Source: a virus (taxonomy: Duplodnaviria > Caudoviricetes). From it: a DNA stretch of 39,723 bases. The stretch is from positions 1 through 39,723 of IMG/VR virus record IMGVR_UViG_3300017754_001608. One strand, given 5' to 3'. Made by a program: the position numbers and the translations under genes. The notes below the pieces were generated by a model. The model made no database searches, was not told where the DNA came from, and saw nothing but the letters and a program-made list of their open reading frames with translations. Positions 1 through 7,109 of this stretch are shown here, piece by piece (within the stretch, counting starts at the first letter, position 1; every line of letters begins with the position of its first letter).

Positions 1-123
1 CCTATTTGGTGGAATATGTCGTTGTTCATCTAACTCTCTCTGCTTTCTTTTCGTTACGCGTAACAGGTAAAAGCAGTATACGATAAGACCAAGAGAAAAT
101 AAAATCCTGAGCGCGTCTACGCA
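1..123. repeat. Terminal direct repeat (identical to 39601-39723); circular-assembly overlap
   Basis: Exact match of the first and last 123 bases; ORF 39327-39629 continues seamlessly across the junction. Unique length is 39,600 bp. Confidence 0.95.
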
Positions 124-505
124 GTTGCTTGGCAAAAAGTCCAACATCCTGATTGCCTCCGCTGCTCAGAAATTGCCAAATGATCCAACAATCAATTCCA
201 TGGATAAGCCAAGGATAACACAGATAAAACGTTGTCTCGTACCGAAAAAAAGTATAGTCAATTAACGCAAGGAAGTTTACAGCAGACAACAGTAAAAAAC
301 CTTGATGAACTTTATACGGAAACTTGATATTTAATAGCGCCGGCAGGCAGTAAAGGATAATCAGCCAGAAAGACAGCTGAATGCCGGTATCTGTTGATTC
401 GTAAACGCCAACATCCGCCAGCCAAATCACAGCCGCAATCAGGCACCGCCAGTTAACGAAAAAAGCCGCAACAAGTGCGGCAATCTTTAAGTGGTCAATA
501 TCCAT
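26..505 (-). CDS. Multi-pass membrane protein (hypothetical)
   Basis: 159 aa with about 4 hydrophobic segments and a basic C-terminus; its TGA overlaps (ATGA) the start of the next gene at 29/39629. Confidence 0.75.
   Translation of the reverse strand: MDIDHLKIAALVAAFFVNWRCLIAAVIWLADVGVYESTDTGIQLSFWLIILYCLPALLNIKFPYKVHQGFLLLSAVNFLALIDYTFFRYETTFYLCYPWLIHGIDCWIIWQFLSSGGNQDVGLFAKQLRRRAQDFIFSWSYRILLLPVTRNEKKAERVR
53..64. promoter_or_regulatory. Perfect palindrome GTTACGCGTAAC (late-motif copy; duplicate at 39653-39664)
   Basis: Same 12-mer family as at 7091, 8589, 35696, 36849 and 37715. Here minus-strand TATACT (75-80) lies 10 nt upstream of it. Confidence 0.55.
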
Positions 506-564
506 TATTTCTTAACCGGCTTTCCACCGGTTTTGCCTTTCGGTTTCTGTTTGCTGTTTGACAT
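505..564 (-). CDS. 19-aa lysine-rich peptide MSNSKQKPKGKTGGKPVKK (not in ORF track)
   Basis: GAGGG RBS upstream of the ATG at 564; the stop TAA overlaps the ATG of the next gene (TAATG); fills the intergenic gap. Confidence 0.55.
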   Translation of the reverse strand: MSNSKQKPKGKTGGKPVKK

Positions 565-577
565 TTTTAAGCCCTCA

Positions 578-2743
578 TCAATAAACATAGTCAGAAATAC
601 TTACATTAACAAGCGATGTTGTGTTGATTACATCACCGGCAAAAGCTGCATCAACGCCAGCACTGCAACCAAGTGATGAATTCCAAATCTTGCCATTCCA
701 TCCAGTGCCAGAGCCAGCAAGTGCAGCAGCGCCAGAGACGGAGCTTGAGATGGTCAAGCCGTTAGCTTTAAACGATGAAAAATCACCAGCAGTAAAATCA
801 ATAGCGTTGCTTGAAAAACCAGTAAATACACAGTCAAGCAAATCTGCAGTGTGAGATGTGCCTGTTGTTGTATACCTTAAAATGTCACTACCGCCAACGA
901 CTGCCATTTTTTCAGCAGAGAATGAAAACGATGAAGACCCACTTGATGGAGTGATTGCAAGCACTGTTGCCGGTGCAATCACTGACGACAGTATATTGAC
1001 AGCTGATGTTTCTGCCCTGATAAATCCAGTTCCGTTAACCACATCTGCCGCAATACACCTAACCAAACTCAATTTTGTATTTGCACCAAAGCAGTCAAAA
1101 TACCGCAAAGACTTCTCTGCGGATATATTCATATCCTTCAGGCCAAACACTGCGCTATTTGCGTTTGTTGTCATTTGAAATGTGGCGGTAGCGGCTCCAG
1201 CGGCTGGAACGGTCAACTTTGTCTTTGTGGCGCCACTTCCGCAAAGGTACATATATTCCACTGGGTCGCCACCATTGGCGTTGGCATTAAACTTAGGCTG
1301 TATATTTGCTCCGGAATAAACGGTCTCAGCATCAACCACGACAACGGACGCGCCATAAGTACCTCTGTCACCAGATACGGCATAATCAATGCTAGCAAAT
1401 GCCGCTGAAGGTTTGCGCCCGTTGTTTGAGTTCGATCCGCTCACTGAATCAACCCAGAAAACAGGATGAATAGTATCTAGCACGTAAGACTTTTTGAACT
1501 CGCCCATAAAAAGGTTTTCTGACTTCTCAAACACCGCCATGTTTTCATCTGTCTTGCCTGAGCCTTTTGAGCAGCTTAAATAAAACTTATCGCTAATGGC
1601 GCAAAAGCCGAAAGGCGCAATTTGTTCGTTATTGATTGAGCGATATGCGGCAACGGCTTTCCATTCTGTTTTATCCAAGTTGCTGGCAATAATTGCGCTG
1701 TGCATAAATCCAGAGCTAACCGCATCAACGCCGGTGCAGAAATAAATAGTCCCATCTGAATGGCGGCAAGAAAGCCAGCCTGCATTGCCTTTCAGATTTG
1801 ATCCAGCAGCTGAAACTCGGGTAATGTCATTTTTCGCAAAGTCTGTCGAGTGGCTAAAAATGCCGGTGTAAGCCTCATTGTTTGCGTTGCCTGAGTTTGC
1901 GTCAGGCATCCAATACATTTTGTCTCCGTCGAATGCCAAATCTACAGCCCTGTGCGACTGCGTGCCCGTCTTACAACGCAGGCCTGATGATTGCGTTAAG
2001 TTTGCAGGAGATACGTTAACAGCCCACGATGCAACACCATCCCAGCTATAAATTGCAGATTCTGCGTTGCTGTCCCCAGTACAAACAAAGATTCTGCCAG
2101 AAACTGGATCTTGTTTGACACAATGAATGTGCCTAGTGTTTCTGACTGATCCATCAGTATTCCATCGAGTAACTTCAGACCAAGTTGCGCCGGCATCTGT
2201 TGATTTCAGCAGGTATACGCCGTCATTTGTTGAGCCTGCAACCCGACTGCCGTTGACGTTATATGTTCCGTACAGGATTACTTGAGATCCGCCAATTGTC
2301 GCAACTTCAATGCTGCGGTCAGTAAGCATCTTTGATGCAGTCATTGGCGGAGTATAAACAAGCGTCCAAGTAGCGCCAGAGTCAGCAGAGCGGTAGAGAG
2401 GAAACGAGCCGCCGTTATTCACCTCAACAAGCAGAGTTGTTGCGCTGATAAATTTAATGCAAGATACAGTGCCCACAGGTAGTGCAGCGCCAAAAGTTGT
2501 AATAACTCCCGCCGGAGTGCATTTCTTTACTTCCGTGTCAGCGGCAGATGTTACGCCGTACATGTTGCCGCCGAATTCAGTGATTAGCCGAAATTCATGC
2601 CAATCTACTGGCTTCACTGCATGCACTTTATTTCTGTTTTCAACAGAATCAATCAGCGCATTCACAGAGGCGGCGACATCAGATCCAAAAGACCCATCCT
2701 CATCATTAACATCAACGCCAGCAACTAATTTTGCAATACTCAT
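578..2743 (-). CDS. Putative virion depolymerase/spike: BNR/Asp-box beta-propeller plus C-terminal parallel beta-helix
   Basis: Asp-box motifs YRSADSGATW and LKSTDAGATW; FWVDSVSGSNSNNG...AFASI motif typical of DUF1565/pectin-lyase-like beta-helix caps. Confidence 0.65.
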   Translation of the reverse strand: MSIAKLVAGVDVNDEDGSFGSDVAASVNALIDSVENRNKVHAVKPVDWHEFRLITEFGGNMYGVTSAADTEVKKCTPAGVITTFGAALPVGTVSCIKFISATTLLVEVNNGGSFPLYRSADSGATWTLVYTPPMTASKMLTDRSIEVATIGGSQVILYGTYNVNGSRVAGSTNDGVYLLKSTDAGATWSEVTRWNTDGSVRNTRHIHCVKQDPVSGRIFVCTGDSNAESAIYSWDGVASWAVNVSPANLTQSSGLRCKTGTQSHRAVDLAFDGDKMYWMPDANSGNANNEAYTGIFSHSTDFAKNDITRVSAAGSNLKGNAGWLSCRHSDGTIYFCTGVDAVSSGFMHSAIIASNLDKTEWKAVAAYRSINNEQIAPFGFCAISDKFYLSCSKGSGKTDENMAVFEKSENLFMGEFKKSYVLDTIHPVFWVDSVSGSNSNNGRKPSAAFASIDYAVSGDRGTYGASVVVVDAETVYSGANIQPKFNANANGGDPVEYMYLCGSGATKTKLTVPAAGAATATFQMTTNANSAVFGLKDMNISAEKSLRYFDCFGANTKLSLVRCIAADVVNGTGFIRAETSAVNILSSVIAPATVLAITPSSGSSSFSFSAEKMAVVGGSDILRYTTTGTSHTADLLDCVFTGFSSNAIDFTAGDFSSFKANGLTISSSVSGAAALAGSGTGWNGKIWNSSLGCSAGVDAAFAGDVINTTSLVNVSISDYVY

Positions 2744-2744
2744 A

Positions 2745-3185
2745 TTAACCCCACAATTTCGAATTAACCGTTAACTTGCCGGATGCGATTAAGCGCCCAG
2801 CCTGAATGAATAATGGCTCAGCATTTGGCACTGACGTATGCGTGACGATGCATGCTTTGCATCCAGCGCAGCCAGTGAGCGTTACAGAGCCTTTAAGCCA
2901 TTCTCTGATAGAGTGCAGCGGGATTGCCACTGATGCGCCGTTAGCGACTGCTGAGAACGTTAAACCGCCTGATAAATCAACATACCCGTATCCGCGCACA
3001 AAGAAATTAGCCGACGCAGTTGAGCCGGTAACTTTAGGCGTCTTTGCTGAGCCTGTGCCGTTTTCAATAACCAAAAATTGATTACCGTCAGGCTGAAAGA
3101 TAAAGCTATCAGTGCCGCTCAGCGTAGTCACAGGCAAATCAACCGCGCCTTTAACGTTGATACTGGTTTGCGTGATTAAAGCCAT
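2745..3185 (-). CDS. Small beta-rich virion protein, paralog of 36863-37213
   Basis: Aligns by eye along about 115 aa with 36863-37213 (VTTL, GxGxV, AIPLxSI, LxGxVTxTG); TGATG coupling to the upstream gene. Confidence 0.7.
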   Translation of the reverse strand: MALITQTSINVKGAVDLPVTTLSGTDSFIFQPDGNQFLVIENGTGSAKTPKVTGSTASANFFVRGYGYVDLSGGLTFSAVANGASVAIPLHSIREWLKGSVTLTGCAGCKACIVTHTSVPNAEPLFIQAGRLIASGKLTVNSKLWG

Positions 3186-3457
3186 CAGCATTCCTCCGTG
3201 ACGATTGTGCCGTGTTTGCAGTCTGTGCGCCCGCCGCTTGTTGTAATGCTAAATGTCAGCTCTACACTACCAACCGCAACGCCAGTCACCATAAAGAATA
3301 CGCTGTTGCTGCTAATGGTCACAGTGCCGATAGCCACATTGGCATTTGATGCAGTAACCGGACAGCTGGCAATCGTTTCTGTGCCGAGCCAGTCAGCGTC
3401 AATCTGAGCCTCGTATCTGTCAACCTTGCCAACCTTCGCATTGCGGGGAAATCGCAT
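3185..3457 (-). CDS. Putative fibre-adaptor protein (Ig-like, about 90 aa)
   Basis: WLxxETIxS...ITTSxGRTD pattern seen in small phage fibre-attachment proteins; sits in a fibre cassette. Confidence 0.5.
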   Translation of the reverse strand: MRFPRNAKVGKVDRYEAQIDADWLGTETIASCPVTASNANVAIGTVTISSNSVFFMVTGVAVGSVELTFSITTSGGRTDCKHGTIVTEEC

Positions 3458-3458
3458 G

Positions 3459-3833
3459 TTACGCTCCTTTTGTGATGGTCACAGAGGTGATTTGTGATGT
3501 ACCGCCGGCAACATAGCTTAACGAGCTGACGATAACCTGAGCGCCACTTGTGCCAAGCGTTAACTGCTCAACATATGAGCCTGACACGATGCGGGCAAAT
3601 GTTGCGGTGCCGGTTGCGTCAATCGTGTCGTCTGCAATGGCGTTTGCTGTCATGCTACCAGATGATGCAGATGCAAAGCCAGCTAACGTATGAGCAGCTA
3701 AAGCTGTATTGCCTGACAATGCTGTATCGGCATTAGCCGGAGCTGTGCCGCTGTAAATTGTCAATGTGCCGGTGCCGATTGCTGAGCCGTAGTCGTTCAG
3801 GATTTTGTTTCGTAAAGCAACGTTTGCTGACAT
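3459..3833 (-). CDS. Putative fibre subunit (small Gly/Thr/Ala-rich structural protein)
   Basis: LxIYSGTxPxxAD...ATGTATFARI...ITSxTIT pattern characteristic of small repeated phage fibre subunits. Confidence 0.55.
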   Translation of the reverse strand: MSANVALRNKILNDYGSAIGTGTLTIYSGTAPANADTALSGNTALAAHTLAGFASASSGSMTANAIADDTIDATGTATFARIVSGSYVEQLTLGTSGAQVIVSSLSYVAGGTSQITSVTITKGA

Positions 3834-3842
3834 GGTAAACCC

Positions 3843-5078
3843 TCAAAATTTGATTGTGCGCGAGCCTTCAACAAATCGGATCGAGCGCGATAATTCCACA
3901 AAACTAATTGTACGTGATTTTTCAGTAAATGTAATTGACGCGCCATCTTGCGGTGCCGCTTCTGACGGTTGAGTTGCAAAGACTGAAAAGCCAAAGCTGC
4001 CCATGTCAAATGCTGTCGTGGCAGTAATTGGCGGATTAATGACTGAAGCCGATGCGGCAAAGCTAAATGAGCCAAGGCCAAATGCGACAGATGCTGACTC
4101 GTTGTTGCTGGCAATGTTTGCGACTACTGAAAAACCAAAATCACCTAAATCAAAAACTGCATCTGCAGAAAATACCGGTACAGATGAGCTGGCATCTACT
4201 GAAAAACCAAAGTCACCGATTGAAAAACTAACTGTTGCGCCGCCTGATGGCGCCATGTTATCAGCAACAACATCAAATCCGAAATCACCGATTGAATATG
4301 CAATATCAGAGCTAACCAATGGCACTGAGCTTGACGCAGAGACATCGAAGCCGAATGCGCCTAAGTCGTAATCTACAGCCGAGGTAAACGCAGGAGCTGT
4401 TACGTTAGCTGATGCTGCAAAGCCGAAATCGCCAAGGTCGCAGCTGATGGTTGATGTGACTGCAGATGTGAATCCAATCCAGTTGTCAGCATCAGTTGCG
4501 CCGAAACCGTCGAGCGTGCCGTTATTCGTTCCGCTAACAGTCGGCAGAGTTAACCCAGTGCCGCCGGATAAATCAGCCTGCCACTCTTGAGCGTTCGTCA
4601 AGCCAGTAACGGCGATTATCTCCATGTCGCCGACAAGATAGACAGCGTTACTGCTGCTTGATCGGCCCATCTGGTTTAATGCGTTAGTGCCGCCAACCCA
4701 ACTCGTGCTTGTTGAAAAAGCGCCGCTTTCGCCTGTTGGAGATCCAGTCAGGTTGTTGAAAATATCCCACGCGCCAGAGCCTGACGTGTGAGTAAGCGTG
4801 TAATCAAATTGAACTCCACTGACGATAAGCGCAGATGTTGACCCGTATCTATTTGTTCCTGACACGTATATGCGCAATTGGCCTGATGCGTTGACAACAG
4901 GGCCATTAGATGTAGTTGTTTGAGATGTGCCAAAAAATCCAGATAGGCCGCTCGCAGGCACAGTGATGCCATTTGGCCCTGACCTTAATCGAAAGCTGTA
5001 CGTGGCCGTGCCGGCGTTGCCAGTCATCGCCGTTGGTATCGTTACGCGCCTGCCTGTTGCAAACCTTAAAGCGCCCAT
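3843..5078 (-). CDS. Putative fibre protein: N-terminal lectin (LamG-like) domain, 7 x 24-aa repeats and C-terminal 9-aa repeats
   Basis: Beta-rich N-terminus; repeats [DSG][LIM]G[DAS]F[GS]F at exact 24-aa spacing; ends SITFTEKSR-TISFVELSR-SIRFVEGSR-TIKF. Confidence 0.6.
   Translation of the reverse strand: MGALRFATGRRVTIPTAMTGNAGTATYSFRLRSGPNGITVPASGLSGFFGTSQTTTSNGPVVNASGQLRIYVSGTNRYGSTSALIVSGVQFDYTLTHTSGSGAWDIFNNLTGSPTGESGAFSTSTSWVGGTNALNQMGRSSSSNAVYLVGDMEIIAVTGLTNAQEWQADLSGGTGLTLPTVSGTNNGTLDGFGATDADNWIGFTSAVTSTISCDLGDFGFAASANVTAPAFTSAVDYDLGAFGFDVSASSSVPLVSSDIAYSIGDFGFDVVADNMAPSGGATVSFSIGDFGFSVDASSSVPVFSADAVFDLGDFGFSVVANIASNNESASVAFGLGSFSFAASASVINPPITATTAFDMGSFGFSVFATQPSEAAPQDGASITFTEKSRTISFVELSRSIRFVEGSRTIKF
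3970..4439 (-). repeat. Seven in-frame 72-bp (24-aa) repeats
   Basis: Units begin at 4439, 4367, 4295, 4223, 4151, 4079 and 4007 (DLGDFGF, DLGAFGF, SIGDFGF, SIGDFGF, DLGDFGF, GLGSFSF, DMGSFGF). Confidence 0.9.
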
Positions 5079-5123
5079 CTGTTACTCGCCCTCAAATTTT
5101 GAACAGTTTAGCGCACAACGGGC

Positions 5124-5152
5124 AAATAAAAAAGCCGCTATAAAGGCGGCTT
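5124..5152 (-). terminator. Intrinsic terminator
   Basis: AAGCCGC-loop-GCGGCTT hairpin followed by TTTTTTATTT on the minus strand. Confidence 0.7.
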
Positions 5153-5305
5153 CTTTGGCTTCTGCTTGCTGTTGGAGTCTTCGCCGTCTTCTGGCGGCAC
5201 GTAATCATCAGGAGCATAAGCTACATCTAACACCTGATAACCTTTCTTATTCCACTCGCGCTTTTCTTCAAAGCTAACCGGCATTGGCAAATACACTGGT
5301 TTCAT
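5138..5305 (-). CDS. 55-aa protein immediately after the major capsid gene (not in ORF track)
   Basis: MKPVYLPMPVSFEEKREWNKKGYQVLDVAYAPDDYVPPEDGEDSNSKQKPKKPPL; GAGG RBS; resembles small post-MCP proteins (PVSxExK...GYxxxD...AP). Confidence 0.75.
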   Translation of the reverse strand: MKPVYLPMPVSFEEKREWNKKGYQVLDVAYAPDDYVPPEDGEDSNSKQKPKKPPL

Positions 5306-5315
5306 ATCAACCTCA

Positions 5316-5340
5316 GAAAGAAAGCGGGGCGAACCCCGCT
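5316..5340 (-). terminator. Intrinsic terminator after MCP
   Basis: AGCGGGG-TTCG-CCCCGCT followed by TTCTTTCT on the minus strand. Confidence 0.75.
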
Positions 5341-5345
5341 AATTA

Positions 5346-6317
5346 TTACGCTTTGGCTTCGTCACCGATTAACATAACGCCAGCCATCATCTTGTTATCT
5401 GTGACCACTTTGTCCCAGTTGGTCGAAGTGCCTAATGCAGCATCAGATGGAGACTTGCCGCCGTTGGTTTCGTCCCAAGTGAAGCCTTTCAGTGCCAAAC
5501 CGAATGAATAATCGACCTGCATAGTGGTTTCGATGCGAGTCTGACCATTGCTTGTTTCGATATTGCTGATAACGTCACCAGCATCAATAACAGTCGCTGC
5601 ACCTTCAACCAAGCTCATTGCATACAGCTTGTTAGGAGTGCCAGCCACACGCAATCCAGGCGCATCTGTAACAATCATTGGCTTGCCAAGAATATCAACG
5701 ACGCGCACGTTTTGAGCTTGGAACAACTGCGGCGCGTTGGTTAGGTTGTCGCCAATCAGTTTGTGGTAAGCGGCACCATTAAGGATGGTTGCAACTAAAT
5801 TGCCTGAGCGGTCGCCAAACTTAGCATGTGACTGGTTCAAGCCAGACTGATTAATGCCGGCAGTTGCAGAGTTATCTTGAACCAATGCAGCTTGACCGCC
5901 TAATGCAGCACGCAAAGCCAAGATTGCAGTGTTTAACTGGTCAGCTAACAATGCTTCTGCAAAGTTGCGGCTTGCCACTTCGATACCTTCAGATGTTGGC
6001 TTGTTTAACCAAGTCAACTGTGATGGTTCAAAGCGGATTGGGCCGAAACCGCCAGCAACTTTAACAGCGCTGAAACGTAATTGCGTCAGGTCGGTTGGTG
6101 CTGCAGAGGCTTGGGCGGCGTAACGGTTTACGCGGCGTTGTGCGGCATGAATGCCAGCAAAGAAAGACTCTTGCAGGAAATCACCGTCAAAACCGCCAGT
6201 GGTCAGGCGGATTGAGCCATTTGAAGCTGCGTTGAACTTTTGAATCATCTGACCAAGCGTTTCGATAGTTGCCGGCATGATGTATTCGTTAAAAACCTGC
6301 ATTTGTGATAATGCCAT
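5346..6317 (-). CDS. Major capsid protein
   Basis: 323 aa; follows the scaffold and precedes a terminator; FNAASNGSIRL...GFTWDETNGGKSPSDAALGTSTNW is typical of this siphovirus MCP family. Confidence 0.9.
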   Translation of the reverse strand: MALSQMQVFNEYIMPATIETLGQMIQKFNAASNGSIRLTTGGFDGDFLQESFFAGIHAAQRRVNRYAAQASAAPTDLTQLRFSAVKVAGGFGPIRFEPSQLTWLNKPTSEGIEVASRNFAEALLADQLNTAILALRAALGGQAALVQDNSATAGINQSGLNQSHAKFGDRSGNLVATILNGAAYHKLIGDNLTNAPQLFQAQNVRVVDILGKPMIVTDAPGLRVAGTPNKLYAMSLVEGAATVIDAGDVISNIETSNGQTRIETTMQVDYSFGLALKGFTWDETNGGKSPSDAALGTSTNWDKVVTDNKMMAGVMLIGDEAKA

Positions 6318-6328
6318 GATGTCTTACC

Positions 6329-7024
6329 TCATTCTGGTAGTTTAAATTTTGCCTTAATGGCCTGTCGGCGTTCCTCTCGGTTTCCGCCAAATTTGCCAGC
6401 TCCGAATGAGGCACTGCCACCTTGCGAGCCGTTAGCGTTGCCACCACCGAAGGTTACAACGCCTGATTTTAACAGCGGCGCATAACTTGGATCATTGCCA
6501 AGCTCTGCTTTCAATCCCGCCAAATCTAAAGATGAGGCACTGCCATCATCGTTTAAAACTGTTACCTTACCGGTTTCTGCATCAACGTCAATACGCGACG
6601 CAACCAGTTTCTGGAATGCTTTACTGCCGGTTTCTGTGGCTAATTCTGCAGCTAATGCTGCAACGATATTTGACCGCTTTTCGGTCTTAATCGTGCCAAC
6701 CAGTTTATTTAACCGCTCTTCATACTGCCGCTGTGTTTCGCCAATACGGCGCTCAGCGTCAGCGATAATCTCATCGACCTTGCCTTCTGACTTCAGCTTC
6801 TCAAGCGCCTTGCGCTCAGCTTCTGCCGTTAATTCAGATTGGCGCTTTTCGTACTCACTGAGTTTGCCGGTCGTTTCTTTAAACTTGCCGTCTAAGTCAT
6901 TCAGCGAGCTTTTTAACTTCTGCGCCTTCAGTTCACCAACAGGCACGTATGCACCTTCGTGTTCTGTGTAATCAGCCTTCACCACATCAGGCAAAGACTC
7001 ATAAATTTCTTTTGCTAAAGCCAT
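6329..7024 (-). CDS. Capsid scaffolding protein
   Basis: Coiled-coil, Gly-rich pre-C-terminus, directly upstream of MCP; probable start MALAKE at 7024 after GAGG. Confidence 0.8.
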   Translation of the reverse strand: MALAKEIYESLPDVVKADYTEHEGAYVPVGELKAQKLKSSLNDLDGKFKETTGKLSEYEKRQSELTAEAERKALEKLKSEGKVDEIIADAERRIGETQRQYEERLNKLVGTIKTEKRSNIVAALAAELATETGSKAFQKLVASRIDVDAETGKVTVLNDDGSASSLDLAGLKAELGNDPSYAPLLKSGVVTFGGGNANGSQGGSASFGAGKFGGNREERRQAIKAKFKLPE

Positions 7025-7080
7025 TGGGTACAACCCTCAGTTAGTTATCATCCAAGCACAGGCACCGCCTGCACTTTTGT

Positions 7081-7109
7081 AGTTTAAACGGTTACGCGTT
7101 ACTAATCAA
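7081..7109 (-). promoter_or_regulatory. Putative late promoter TTGATT-N17-TAAACT with GTAACGCGTAAC in the spacer
   Basis: -35 at 7104-7109, motif at 7091-7102, -10 at 7081-7086; upstream of scaffold/MCP. Confidence 0.6.

Noticed and set aside
1-123. Terminal repeat as a biological DTR or att site
   Set aside because: It falls mid-gene with no integrase or flanking host DNA; it is best explained as circular-assembly overlap.
3970-4439. 72-bp periodicity as a CRISPR-like or DGR repeat
   Set aside because: The repeats are in-frame, conserved at protein level and degenerate in DNA; no cas or reverse transcriptase gene is present.
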